Origin: Fistulifera solaris | Taxonomy: Eukaryota | Length of the DNA stretch: 64,000 nucleotides | Direction of reading: 5' to 3' | Assembly: GCA_030295235.1 (NCBI GenBank) | Contig: AP026164.1 | Span: forward strand, 1,860,001 to 1,924,000 | In this document: piece after piece, positions 1-13,604 of the stretch | How the letters are laid out: each line of letters opens with the position of its first letter | How positions within the stretch are numbered: the first letter of the stretch is position 1 | Position numbers and translations under genes: made by a program | The notes under the pieces: generated by a model | Seen by the model: only the letters and a program-made list of their open reading frames with translations | The model's database searches: none | Told to the model about the DNA's origin: nothing

Positions 1-2317
1 AGTTAAATTCAGGGACTTTCACGTCTGTTACGCCGCTTAGGGCTGGCGGGGTGTCGATGGCGTCGTTGGTAAGAGAAAACCATTCGCTTAGGATAGAACT
101 TGAGAAAACCGACGAAGCTTACACTAGTGATGCTCCTTCGACATCTTCGAGCATTGCGCTGACGCGATTAGAGTATACAGTTACAGCCATACACGCATTG
201 CGAGAAGCCGCACGGGAGAAACACGGCTATTTTTCAAGCTATGTTTCTCGATCATGTGTGTCTTTCTGTGGCTACTATCCTCCCTGTGAAGGGCTAGATG
301 GTTGTTCAAGAGAAACTTTGGATTTCTTGGTGGCTTACAATCCTGACTTAGCATTGCTACATAATGTAGATGTCTTGTTTGAGGGCTTGACGCGTGGTAA
401 ATGGAGAGCGGTTCATTTGGAGGAGCTTTTCGCTAGTACGATTGTAGCTAGTTTGATCCCCGAACAAACTCCCTTGTCGACGGCGAAATCAATGATGGCT
501 CAAGAATTCGATCGTGTAGCACGAGCGCTGGGATTGAAATCAGTTCTTTCTGATGAACCGTTCGAGAGTCCAAAGGGCCATGAAGTGAAAGTTCTTTCAC
601 GGAGACATATAAGTTCGCTGCCTCGTGAGGTTTTTATCCTTAGTAGATGGGCGTCATTCCTCTATATGGTATGTGTCTGATGCGCCCTTGTATCCCGATT
701 GGAACGATAAATTCTAATTCTTTTGCAGTTGAATTACTTCGTTGCTCATGCTACCTCGAATATATTTGTCATGTCTACTGGGTCCTCATCAGCGCTTGCG
801 GCAACAATTATTGGAGTTCCAAACGTCGCGGCAATGCTTGTAACTTTTTTCCACTGTCTCATTTTATCTAATCAGCCAAATTCGCACCGTCAACACAACA
901 ATGCCCGATTGCTAAGAGGTCTGTTTGCTTTGGCGAGTTTTTTTGCCATAATTGGCAATATTGTACATGCCCATGCCATCAATATTGGATCGATTCGCTT
1001 GGCCATATTAGGCCGCTTTGTCTTCGGTCTTTCTACTACTGAGATACTTCAGCGACAACTTCTGTTTACGAGTGGCCATCGCTTCATTGTCAGCGAATCG
1101 GCAAGCTTGGTTATTTCGAGAATCGCAGGTACAATATCGGGTCTCTTTTTGGGAGCATGCATTGAAGCATTACCACTCTTGGTGAACTCTCTTGATGTGC
1201 GGTTCCTTCGGGCGGGAAATTGGTTGCTGATCGTGACATGGCTACTCCTTCTTATTGCTGTTTGTATGAGGTTTCGGGAGTTGGAGTACGTCGCATTAAA
1301 GGCCGATAGTCACTGCCAAGGAGCGGTTGATGCGGCTGCTCAGAGAATCAATGATGGAAGCTCTAGCGAATCAGACTCTCCCAATCCTTCACGTATGTTA
1401 TATGGTGCTGAGAGAGCCGACCTGAATGATGATCTTCTAACAACATTGGTCAAGGCAAAGCACCCCAGTATTCCTAGCGGCCACGATAGTTACCAATCTA
1501 AACATAATCGATTACCAGGAACACCCAAAAAGAAACGATCCAAAAACTGGAGAAACTTTGTCGTACGGATCCGCAAGCTTCTTGATTTCCACATCGGCAT
1601 CCCTGTTTCACTCTTCGTTCTTTTTGTCGCATCTTTTGCGTGGAGGCCTTCTTCACCGGGACCCCCCTCGTTACGAACGAATACTTCGGCTGGGATGGTG
1701 CTCAAGCATCTAGCTTTCTCGGCTTTCTTTCTTGCACGACATTCCTTATTCACTGGATCTGTGAGCGCGTCTCTCGCGGCTATGAGGACAGAATTGTTAT
1801 TAAGGTAAGCATCCATCTTTCTTCATCGTTTGTTTACTGTTGAGTCCGACTCCTCACACATGGGTGCTTTCAGAATTCTATTGGACTAGTTGCGATTGGT
1901 TTATTTGTGACAATCAACTGGGTGTCAATCATTTACCTTGCAACGCGCTACTCAATATTACTGGAGGAGACGGAGCATGGCCACCCCCATGTGTACGACT
2001 GGACCTTCGGTGTCTTGCAGTACATCATCGGGCTTTGTCTTATCCACGCAGGTGGAAAAGCCCTCGAAAGCGCTTCATTGTCGATGTTGTCCAAATTTTC
2101 TCCCGTCAACATCCGTAGTGTCGTGATCAATGTTGGGACCATTGCTACTTTTCTAACGTCGCTGGCTCGCCTACTTGCTGATTTGCAAGTGTCGATGATT
2201 GGTTTGTCGAACAAGCTTATCAACACCGACATGGTGAACTCTCTATCGCTACCTCTATTGCTAGCATGCCTTGCCGTCATGCTTGTTGTCCGGCGTCATT
2301 TCTTCTCTCTGCTATAA
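1..2317 (+). CDS. Major-facilitator-type membrane transporter, C-terminal part (resembles SPX-MFS-like phosphate transporters); 5' end outside window
   Basis: Frame open from window start. Introns 669-728 and 1805-1873 (GT..AG) join ORFs 51-680, 723-1808/1640-1843 and 1907-2317. Many hydrophobic segments, MFS-like 'ILGRFVFGL' and 'LESASLSMLSK'. Apparent 1-nt frameshift near 1638. Confidence 0.55.
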
Positions 2318-2674
2318 ATGTAAGTCTATCCCTTAGCCAACTTAGCACGGAACTCGGCAAAGTAGTTAAGTACCGTTACGATTTGTAAGACAAAGAACTT
2401 TATTAACGGTATTGAACGGTTCTGCTCGTCGCGCTGCCCGTCGCAAAAAATCCCACCGAGCGGGACCGGACCGTAGATGTAGAGCACGTTCACAATCATC
2501 ATTCACTTCACTGATCTTCACCTTCGTCGCATTTGTTTTTGGTGCGAAAAGAACGATTCATTCGGTGTTTTTAGAAAAGAATGTCAGTGACAAGTAGGTT
2601 TTTTCATATCAGTTAGCAGCCGAATCATCTTACGAACATTCAAGCCGAATTCATTACCCCAAAACCGCCGCGTC

Positions 2675-5600
2675 ATGCCGTCACCTCCCGCACTGGTAGA
2701 AGGTCGCAATGAAACATCGTTGCTAATACAAATTTCTGAATCGTGCGCTCGTCACCGTTTAAGACATGAGAAGCAACAAAGTAGTCACGAGGCTGGCGAA
2801 GAGAATATGTCGACATTTTGTCAGGAAAGCATTAAAACATTACAAAAGATCGTGCCCAAAGTAGAGCGACAGTATCATGCCTCAACAAACCCGCAAGCAG
2901 AAGACGTCGGTCATATCTGTGACTTTTACGAGCAATTGATTGAAGGAGACTTTTGCCCGCATGCACCTGATGCACTCCGACAAGAAAATGGGACATTGAA
3001 CGGTACGTTAAACGTTTTCATTTTTAGTTGTTTAGGCCTCGACTGTCCTTTCTTATGTTCTTGCTACTTAGTTATGCCTCGAATTTATTTTTTATTTGAG
3101 AACCTCCTTTCTTTTCTGTCATGGAAGATACAATGACGAGTAGTAGGACCGCAACATCTAGCAGGGTGTTTGAAAAGATTTGTCAGACGGTTGCACAATT
3201 GCTGACAATGATGGCGGACTGCGCCATGGTGCATGACATATTTCAGGATTGGTTGGAGCTAGCACTGGATTTGACATTACTCTGCCAGTCGAGTCTTACG
3301 GACGAATATATGGATCAGGTCGAGCTCTCGCTTTATGATCGTGTGTTGGTGCAAAGCATGGCGATAATTGACGATAAAGAGGAGTACGTCCTGATGTTAA
3401 AGACAAAAGAGCACCTTTATATCATACAATCTGCTGTGACGACGGTGTTGTACCATTTGATTTATTTACTTAAGGAAAAAAGGCTGTTAGATGCAATGAT
3501 GGTGGACATGGTGCAAAACAGCGGCTATGGCGATTCATATTTCCTTGCTTTGATCACTGAACGGCCAGAACTCTTCGAGGAGCTTTTGGCAATGGGGCGA
3601 CAAATACTATCATCACATGGGTCTGAATCATCAAAGGAAAACGCCCTCAGAGTTCGTTCGAAAATGGCCACTCTTCGTCTTCTACAAATGATGGAAACCG
3701 ATTTGCGTGATATCAAAGTTGTGTCGCCGTTCGCCTCCCTTCGACTTCATTCTCATATATTGATTGCTCAGACAATTGGAAATGTTCTTCAAACCAAACA
3801 AAGTTCTTCATTATCGAAGCTAGAGGCGTCCTATATCCGAAAGCTAGCACAATGTTTGACTGGATCCGTACACCGTTTCGCAGAATGCCCTTCAGACCGT
3901 ACAACCTATCTTGCACTGCTATGGAATAGATTACCATGCATTCAAAGCTGTCAGGCTCCATTGAAAGTAAATCCAGCTAGACGAGCACTCGAGGTCGCCG
4001 TACTTCGTTCGATTCACATGTTGCTCGTCGAGGTTGGGAAATGTGGCCACGCCGAAGCATTAGTCTCGGATCATGACACGCTGACTCACATGATTGAATT
4101 AGTCCAAGACCCCGACTTCCATGAGTATGCAATCTGTATTATTTCGACTATTTTGGCAAAGAATGGATACAAAAACTTAGACGAGATTTGTGGTGAAGCG
4201 ATTCGCCTTTCCGAAATGGAAAATGTCGAAGAAAAGGTGTCTTCGGGGACGAAGAGGACGCTACCTCTCCGTGAGCTTACGAGTTTCAACAAGCGCCAGA
4301 AATACGATGAAGTGGACAATACTACCTTGCGGTCGGACGAATGTCGCGAAAACATGATTAGGGTGGCGGTTGAGAATCTGCTGCAATTGCTTGTGTATGG
4401 AAGGGTATCAGATCAGGCAACCTCAACAAGCTCAATCAGAGTACTTGGTGGAATCAGAATTGTTTTTACACTCGCGGAAGGCGTTGGTGCTTCTTTGGGG
4501 CAGATCGCCGAGAAATGGTTGAGCCGAGCGTTAGATGTCGCGTTGCAGCTGGCTCGAAAGCTTCAAGATTCGGACGGGTCGAGCGAAAGCCGAGTAATGC
4601 TGCGAAGCCTTGTATGCTGTGGACTTCATGTGTCTCTTATTCGTAGCCACTGTCCAGATTTATATGCAAACGCACTCGCAGCAGGTCTACCGGTAGACGA
4701 CTTCGTAATGACTTGCGAAAGTTTAATTTTGTTTCTGCTAAATGAAGGTCACATTGAAAAGCATCCCTGGGTTCTTGACAGTCTTTGGCACCGTTGTCTC
4801 CACTGGCAATTCACGGGAAGATCAAGACCATTAAGTCCGCTAGGTTCGTTTGAAATTGAAGTATTCACTTTGTTACTCGTTCGGGTAGCGTTTGACGGTT
4901 GTAAAGTGACGTCACATAAAGTTGAAAAGGTTAATGTTGAGGAGTCGCAAGATTCACAAGATAAAAGACTATCCTTCCTTGCTTCATCGGTCAAGCTAAT
5001 ACGCCCAGAATCCAATTTGACAACTCAGCAAAAGACTTGTGGTCTGTTGACGTTGATAGACTTTAAAAATCTGAATTCTGAGTCCAAAAAAACATGTTTG
5101 CTTTCGATACAATGGCTTCTACGCGAATCATCCCTGCCCGACCTTCGAGTCATGATGAACCCATGTAACCGAGAGAGGCCTTTAAGCGGATCCGACCTTT
5201 GGTGTTTCGTAATTGACTGCTGCTTTGCCGATGCCGATCAGAGTATCCGAAAAAATGCAGCGGAAATTATTCAACTCGTTTTCAATGATAGATCAACGGG
5301 GTTAATTCTTTGTTTACTTGCAACGGACGACGAGTGGATAGTCCTAAATTCAGGACCACGAAGTACCCACAACTTTACACACCTGCAAATTCTGGATCAG
5401 CTTGTTATTCGGTTTTTCCGAAATGTCGATGAGTTCCTACACAGGCGCTGCTGCGTGCCCCAATCTCAGCTGTCATTGACCATTGGGTCAGTCGCCAGCT
5501 CCAACAGTGAGAAATCGATGAAAAGAGACAGGAATTTCGAACAACTGATTTTTCAATGTCGACATGCAACTAGGGTTCTTTTGTCGTTTTGCGTGGACAA

Positions 5601-8600
5601 AGATGATTATTTCATGAAAAGGGTTCTACACTCTTCTCTCACTCGAGTTGTTCGGCTTTGGTCCGGACCAGGGAGTCTTCGAAACGAGGCTCACTGGATT
5701 TCTTTCGTCGAACTGTCTCGCTGGATTTACAGCTCCGTGGCATCGAGGGTGTTTGACAACGAAAACATAAAACGTTTTGTTCCCAACCTCTTCAGAGAAG
5801 TGCTGGTGCCCAGTTCAACTCTATTGATGGCTGACGGGTGCACGGGGATTGATAATATCCGAGATGGGACGAAGGAACGACATTGTCTTTTACTATCAAC
5901 TTTTATTGGTGTTTTTATTTTGTGCGGTTCAGCCGACGCAGAGGAGACGTCAATCGCTGCCCGAAATCCCGGATGTGTCAATGACATCGAAAGGTTTCTT
6001 GGATGTTACCTTCCTTATATTTTCGCTCAGTTTGTTCTTGAGAGAGACTATGACGCTCTCCGACTTACGACGTGCTTTAAGTTCTTTATTCTCGGACAGA
6101 AACTTTTTGAGTCAAAACAGAAGATGAGAGTTTCGAACGACGGACTAAAGATCAACCATGTCTTTGATCTTTCCCTTGGAAGCCCAAAGTCTACTTTTGT
6201 CACGTCGTCCATGCTTTCACGAGTTTGGAGACATGATTTGGAGGAGCAAACAGGTTCTTTATGCTCGTCGACGGATGTTTTCGCCACCTTGCTGCCGTTG
6301 GTTTTTACACGAGCAGGTGAATCGGAGATTATTTTCCTTATGCAAACTGTTTTGAAAAACAGGCTGATATCTCTTACCAAAACGATCCAGACTAACGAGA
6401 GAACCATTCTAAGGAATATATTGCTCGAGATAGGGGACAATTATTACAGTTATGATCCGGTCTTCAGAGCCTTTAAACTCATCGATTATTTCCGCACTCT
6501 CAGTAATGAGGCATCTACGAGACCTTTGTCTACTCTCTATCGCAATTTCAAAGATATTGATGAATGTCATTCCGAATGGATTACGATGCATTTCATGTAC
6601 CTGGTTGTGCAAATAGTACAATTTCGATGGAGTACAAAGACTGATAAAGAGAAAACCCAGTCTTTGAGATCATTGCTGTTTGCAGTACGCTTACTTGACC
6701 CGAAGGAATCCTGCCAATACTTCCCTCAGATTATCGCTACACTCAACGCTGCTGTTGCTTTGTGCGAAGAAAGGGCTACCCATGATACAGAGGAAGTGTT
6801 GTTGGTGGCCGTCCAAATCTTGTCTGAATTCATCAAGTTAGCAGCGGAAGGCAACACAGAACTACTGGGCCAAAATCTCAAAATTGTTGTTGTCTCACTA
6901 GTTCCAGTTTTGAGCGAAAGCGAGTACTCTCATGAGTCATCAGCGCGACTGGCCTCTCGAAATGTCGGGATTGAAATAATCGAGAGACTCGTCCATGGTG
7001 ACCTTGGAAGGCGTCTTGCTCCATATTTTTCTGATATTCCCTTTCTTCCGTCTAATGAAGCTCTCCACAGTGTCAAAGAATCGCTGCGTTCTTTAGGCGT
7101 TGACAACGATACTGTACTCTCAACACAGGGCACTCAAGACGGAGCTAGCACTGACCAATCGCATAACGACACGCCGAAACAAGAGGCTTTGCGTCAGCGT
7201 TTGGCGACTGTCTGTCCTCTCATAGCACACGAGAACGCCGGAGTTAGACGGATTGCCCTGAAGCATATCATTGATCTGCTGAAAGCGAATAGATACCTTT
7301 TTCATGCACTTGTTGAGAACGAAGGAGACACATCCATGAAACACTACCTTACGGTAATTAAGCCGGAGACTTCAGGTACGTAAAGCATCGCGATGCCTAC
7401 CAAAGATATTCGAGGAGAAAAAGTCTCACAATTATCACTTCACTGATAGGTTCGTCTTATGGTACCGTTACTGAGCTTCTCGAAGCCGTGATGAATCGAT
7501 GCCTGGTGGAGACTGATGAGAAGACGAGAATTCTGCTGGCAACATGCATTGGTGAGGTTGGTGCCATTGCGGTAGATAGACTAGAAGAAAATTCAGATAG
7601 AAACAGTAGTGTAAAAATGGAGCACGGTCCCTGGAAATCGCGTGCGGCGCGGCACCAGCTCAAGCTTGTGACAGAACATTTAGTGACTTCCTTAAAGGCC
7701 GCACATACCACATCAGATCAACATAAAATCATGTTCACAATTCAACAGATACTTCAAATTCTTGACAGATCTGTGAGCAAAGGTAAAGTACAGGACGACA
7801 CTTCGAATTCTGAGAAGAGTGAAATGAGCGGCTGGCTTTCAGCGCAGCTCTCAAATGCAGGGGTCCTTGATATTGTCGAACCTTTTTGGTGGACAGAGTT
7901 TTGCGAGGTAAGTTCAAATTCGTCAATTGATAAATTTCCTTACATTATTCTCTCATGCTTCCCTACGAAAGTCTGAAGCGGCTGTAACTTGGCGAAGTCC
8001 TCCCTTCTTTGATGAAGCGCCATCTTATTTTGCCTGGATGTCCAATTGGTGCTCATATCTGGCTCGTCGAGCTTACGATAAAAGGGAGACTGAGTGGAGT
8101 GAACTATTTTATGCATGTAGGACTGCCCTGCGAACTCCAGTCGGGCTAGTGATCGCAGAGTACTTACTACCTATACTGATCCTTGATAGGATATGTTTTG
8201 GCGACGCCCATGACGAAAAGGTCATTTTGGACGAGATTCGATCAGCTCTGACTTTTCGAAACGACCTTTTCCCAAAGATGATTGACACGGAAAGACAAAA
8301 GTGGTGAACACGCTTCTTGACCTCATCGAGACAATGCAGCGGTGGCACGAACAAGAGACCGAGTCAAAACTGACAGGTTCTGTCAATTCAGTAGAGTCCC
8401 GTGAATTTAAAGATAACAAACATAACATCGAGCCGACGATCAATCGCGGTGCTTTCACCTGGACACTCGAGGACGCCACCATGAGAATAGATGACATTCT
8501 AATCAATATTCCACTTTCGTTGCGCGCACGAGCTGCCTCTTGTGTTGGGATGCATTCGCGGGCTTTGCGACTGTTTGAAATGGTGGCTCGACAACGCACC

Positions 8601-11600
8601 GTAAAAGTTGTCTTTGAGAATACAAAGACAAAGTATGTATGCGATAAACAGACTCGATCTAGAGCTGCTGGGAATTGTTCCGGTTCTGAACTGGAATATC
8701 TCATGGAGACCCTGTGCTCATTAGACGACTATGAAACGCTGTCGTGCTTACTAGAAGACGAGAGTGTTACGAGTGGAGCTTCTTTTTCTTGGGGCGCTAC
8801 TAAGAGGAAGGAGATTTCTGGTGATTGGGAAGGGGCGTTACAAGACTACGAGAGAGCACTTCAGTTACAACGGACTGACAAAAGGAAGTCCATTCATTTA
8901 CAAAAAGGAGCTTTGCGTTGTCTTTTGGAGCTTGGCCACTTCGAAAGTGTGATAAATCAAGTGTCAGGACTGATGAGCGAGTCATACACCGCCAACACCG
9001 ACTGCTCTATAGTTGATGAGTACCTCCCAGCCTCGGTCGAAGCCTCTTGGCGTCTAGGTGACTGGAACTCACTTGAGAGTCTGTCTAATTCTGAGACTAA
9101 ACAGAAATGTAGTCGCGAATGTCCTGGATTAACTCAGGGAGACATTATCCTGGAGCTGCGAAAAGGAAACTTTGAGACGGTGATGGCACACCTGGCGAAT
9201 GCCCGCAGATTGATTATGAATACGCTATCTATAACTGCAAGTGAGGGCTATGCTCGTGCATTTCGTGACGTTATCAGTTTGCATGCCTTACGTGAAATTG
9301 AAGACGTCGCAAGCATTATCTGTGATGATGATGCATCAGGAAATTTGGGCGAACTACTTGCGAAAGCTGATCTCTCTTGGGATCGACGCCTTTCTTTTGT
9401 CGGCCCAGTTGGGGCTTCACACATTTTGGATAGCCGCCTTGCATTATCTCGGCTAGCGGGTGACTCTATTTTGGAAGGATCAATATTTTTACAAATGGGA
9501 AAGATGGCTCGTAAGGACAGACTATTAGGCACCGCAGCAAATGCTCTTAGTCAAGCGCAAGCTGTGTTTTGCAACGTGAAAGCGGGCAATTGGAACGGAC
9601 ATGGTATTACTCGGAGCTCCATCCATTTCCAAATTGCGAAACTAAGACACGACTGTGGCGACTGCACTTCAGCTCTCCGAATGCTAGACATAGGCGATCT
9701 TGATACCTTGGTCCATTTATCAGATCCAGATCTTCGTCTGCACGTACATGAAAGGGTAAAACTCTTTCTTGGATCAGAATGCCACGGAATGACAAACGAA
9801 GAGACGGTTTCCGTTTTTGCTAAAAGCGTTCTTCAGTCTACGCGGTGGATGATCGATGGGGGACTGAAGGGCGGTTCAGAAATAATGTCTCGATTTCGAA
9901 TCTTACATCAAGTAGCACCGCGGCTTGAAAAAGGTAGGCTATGTTTCAGTCGCAAATAAGATTCTTTTGCAGCTTGACTAACAGTCTTTCAGGGCATTTT
10001 TACTTTGCCAAGTACGTAGATGCAATCTTGCGGTCCAGAATCACTGCAATGCTGAGGAAATCCCCTGAAGGACATTCACGAGAAAGCGATGATATCCTTG
10101 ATAGTTTCGTAGTTGCTCATGACAGAGCATGTCAGCGTTACATCTTACTAGCCATAAAGCATTACGTTGAAGCTCTAATCATTGACATTCGCCACGTTTA
10201 TCAGGCTCTCCCACGATTGCTTTCTTTGTGGTTTGAATTTACCAGCATTGGGAGCACTGAACAGCCCAAATACAGGGTGTATGAAGAACCGACAGCTCAA
10301 GGTAAGATTTTTCTTGGTCTGCTGCGTATTTTCACAATCAAATCTAATCAGAGTGCTACAGTATTAACGCAAAACCAGGAAGAGGCGAATGCTGTGATAG
10401 CCACAAAATACAAGCAAATACCTGTTCCAGCGTTCTACACCGCACTCCCTCAGCTCGTTTCTCGGGTAAAGCACCCAAATAGCGACACAACCACTGTCGT
10501 ACATGGCATTGTTCGCCGCGTACTGACCAAGTATCCAGCACAGGCTATGTGGCCACTAGCCTGGCTGCGCCAATCACGCCAACATGACCGTCAAAAAGCA
10601 GGCAATGAAATTTTTCGTGAAGCTGAGTTACGTCTCGCAGAGACTTCGAACAGACTTCATTTACTTTTAGTCGAATCCAAGAGTTTGTTCGAGTGGCTTC
10701 AAAAACTAGCCAAATTTGAGCCAAAAAAGGCGCGATGCACCGAGATAAAAGTCACGCCATGGAAAGGGCAGATCGGTCTTGAAGAATTCATTCCACCCGT
10801 CAAAGCTGCTTTGTCTGCCTCTTTTTCTATTGGGGACAGCGAGCGATCAAGGGACTTATTTCCCCGTCATGTGCCTCGAATGAGAATGTTTTCCTCCACG
10901 ATCAAGGTCATGCAGTCGAAGGCTCGACCGAAGATTCTCAAGGCCCACGTTGTTTCTGCTGATATTTTGACGAAGACAAAGGAAAGAACGAGCAGTGGCT
11001 GTTTTGACATAGGCGAAATTCATTTTTGGTGAAGCAGGAAGCTAAGGGAGATCTCCGAAAAGATGCTAGGGTACAGGAACTCAACAATGTAGTGAATCGT
11101 CTACTAGTATCAACAGCCGGCCGAACAATGAACCAGAGACGCCCACTACGTATTCGGACGTTTGCGGTTACCTGTTTATCGGAGGACACCGGTATTCTTG
11201 AGTGGGTTCCAGATACATCGTCATTTCGTTCCTTGATTGGAAAGGCATATAATCCACAGGTGAATACATACACGGTACAGCGCAGAGGGGCCAGGCTGGC
11301 AAATCTCGGCGATCCAGTGTTGAGGAAGGATTATGAAAGATGCCAGGAAATGTTTTTCGTGTCGAAAAATTTAAAGGCTGCAACAAAGATGTTTGAGGAG
11401 CTTTGCTTGAAAACTAATCCACCCCTTCTATTTTGGTGGTTCGTGCATACCTTTGAAAACTCGAATGCGTGGTACGAAGCTCGAACCCGCTTCACTCGAA
11501 GTTCCGCAGCATGGGCCGCTATCGGACACGTACTGGGAGTTGGTGATAGGCATGCTGAAAACATACTGGTGGATACGTCAAACGGTGAATGCGTTCATGT

Positions 11601-12180
11601 CGACTTCGACTGGTAAGTCGTTCTGTTGGCTTTGTGTTTAGCTGAGTTGAGAGGTGAGTAGTCCTACTTACGATTAATCAGTATCTTCGATAAGGGCCTT
11701 CACCTACCGAAGCCAGAAGTTGTCCCTTTTCGGCTTACGCAGAACATGCTGGATGCGTTTGGACCGACGGGTGCTGATGGCATTTTTCGTGATACTCTGT
11801 ACAAAGCAATGCACACTCTAAGGGACAACCGTGACACTCTACTATCGGTTCTCGAGCCCTTTCTCAAAGATCCTGTCATTGATTGGAAACGTTCACGTAG
11901 TCAGCAACAAGGCAAAAATTCGTCCGGAGAAGACCACAGCACCAAAGAGGCCAAGAGATCCATCAACGTGATTGATGAAAGGTTGCGTGGAATTTACAAC
12001 TTGCGGAATCCGAATTACAAACGCATTCGTCGAAATGATACTTTCGTCGACCAAGAAGACGAGGAGCTGACGCACATGCTTCCACTTTCGGTGGAAGGTC
12101 AAGTGCACAAGATGATCGCCGAGGCGACGAGCAATGAAAATTTGGTCCAAATGTACATAGGTTGGATGGCTTGGTTGTAG
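2675..12180 (+). CDS. ATR: Serine/threonine kinase ATR (Mec1/Rad3, PIKK family)
   Basis: Long HEAT-like N-terminus, FAT region, PI3K-like kinase motifs (SKARPK, VKQEAKGDLRKDAR, GVGDRHAENIL, HVDFD, VPFRLTQNM) and FATC end 'PLSVEGQVHKMIAEATSNENLVQMYIGWMAWL*'. Several short introns (starting ~3003, 7376, 7908, 9934, 11613); 1-nt frameshifts near 8303 and 11025. Confidence 0.93.
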
Positions 12181-12232
12181 ATGAATCAGTAAATAGACTA
12201 ACGGGTAGATCAATGAATGCTGTACATAACAC

Positions 12233-13292
12233 TTATCGCATATCGAACGAAAGCTCGCGCTCGCGCATAAGAAGTTCCGGTGGCTTTCGGTACCGTTGAT
12301 TAGCGTCCATGGCAACAACCAAGGCCGCGATCAGTCCAAAGTATGATCCTGTGATGGCTACTCGCTGCGTGGGAGTGATGCGATAATAGTTGGGCGGTAC
12401 ATGATGGGGATTATAGAAACGCTGAAACGTTTCGTATCCTCCCGACAGCAAAACTAAATAAAAGATCGGATTGCCGATTGCTCCGGAATATGCAAGAATA
12501 CCTCCAATTCCTAACCCCGCCACATTGGCATACGGCGAGAGCGCCCCAGCAATGCGTCCTCCATCGAGCGAGCCAATGGGCAACAAATTAAAAAGATTGA
12601 TCATGAATCCAAAGTCTGCGAGTGCAAAAACAATTGCGAATTCATCGAATGGGCAGCGAGCGCAACAGCCCCGGCACCAGCAGAACCCAAGCCCGGACCG
12701 CCCAAAGCAACTAACGCGTCCTCCCACGCATCTCGGGGACGCTGATTCATGGCGACAACGGCCCCGACAAAGGGAACGAACACCATAGGAGAAAAAGGGA
12801 TTCCGCGCGAATGCATCACCCAAGCATGGCCTGTTTCGTGCACCAACAACAATCCCACCATCCCCACGGCGTACGGAAAACCGAAAAACATGGTATACGT
12901 ACCCACCGACAAAACCATCGAGCCCAATGAGGCCATTTTAGTCAGCTTGAGTGCCCCGAGAAGATATTTGCCCTTTCCAAGAAACATGGAAGCTGCTCCT
13001 ATGAGACCTGCTCCCTGGGCAAGGCGATTGCCATTCGGACGGCGACCTCCGAAGAAGGATGAAAATGCGTGACCGCTCCTAGCGACGGTTTCACTATAAT
13101 GTGCTTCTTCAATTGATGGTTCGCAATGAAGCTACAATGTCCTCGCGGAAAAGGAGAACTGGAAAGGATGCGAATTGGACGATTCATTGAAAAGGTTCTC
13201 TGGAATGCTCCGAGCGAACCGCTTTGATACGTCTGCGGCATCAGCAGATCGTATTTCGACAATAATTTTGAGCGCGTGACTCGTAGGAACAT
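12233..13292 (-). CDS. Site-2 protease family (peptidase M50) intramembrane zinc metalloprotease
   Basis: HETGH (HExxH), 'ALGGPG' and NLLPIGSLDGG (NxxPxxxLDG) motifs spread over ORFs 12999-13316, 12601-12987 and 12233-12823, joined by frameshifts. Basic, organelle-presequence-like N-terminus. Confidence 0.85.
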
Positions 13293-13384
13293 TTTAATTT
13301 GAAAAATGGTAAGCAAAGGGAAGACAAGGTGCTCTAAGCTTTCTTAATGATGATATTATGCCACGGGCGAATGATCCCCAAATC

Positions 13385-13436
13385 AATATAAGTAATGCGA
13401 TTAAAAAATTAAAAAAAAAAAAAATATAAGTAATGC
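13385..13436 (+). mobile_element. 24-bp poly(A)-tailed micro-insertion with 14-bp target-site duplication (extremely 5'-truncated retroposition product)
   Basis: AATATAAGTAATGC at 13385-13398 and 13423-13436 flanks GATTAAAAAATT+A12. The insert resembles GATTAAAAAAATT at 26320-26332 in the 3' UTR of the non-LTR element. Confidence 0.65.
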
Positions 13437-13604
13437 AACTGCTATCCGCGCTGCCGTTGATGACAAACTTTTTCCAACTCGTAAGGTTAAGGCTACTACA
13501 TTCTGCTTCTCGAAATCACACCGGTACCGACTAATGCCGAAGATGCCGATCGATGATTATTTTATCACTTCCCGAGCTTGCTGTTGTTGATCATTGCTCT
13601 GATT

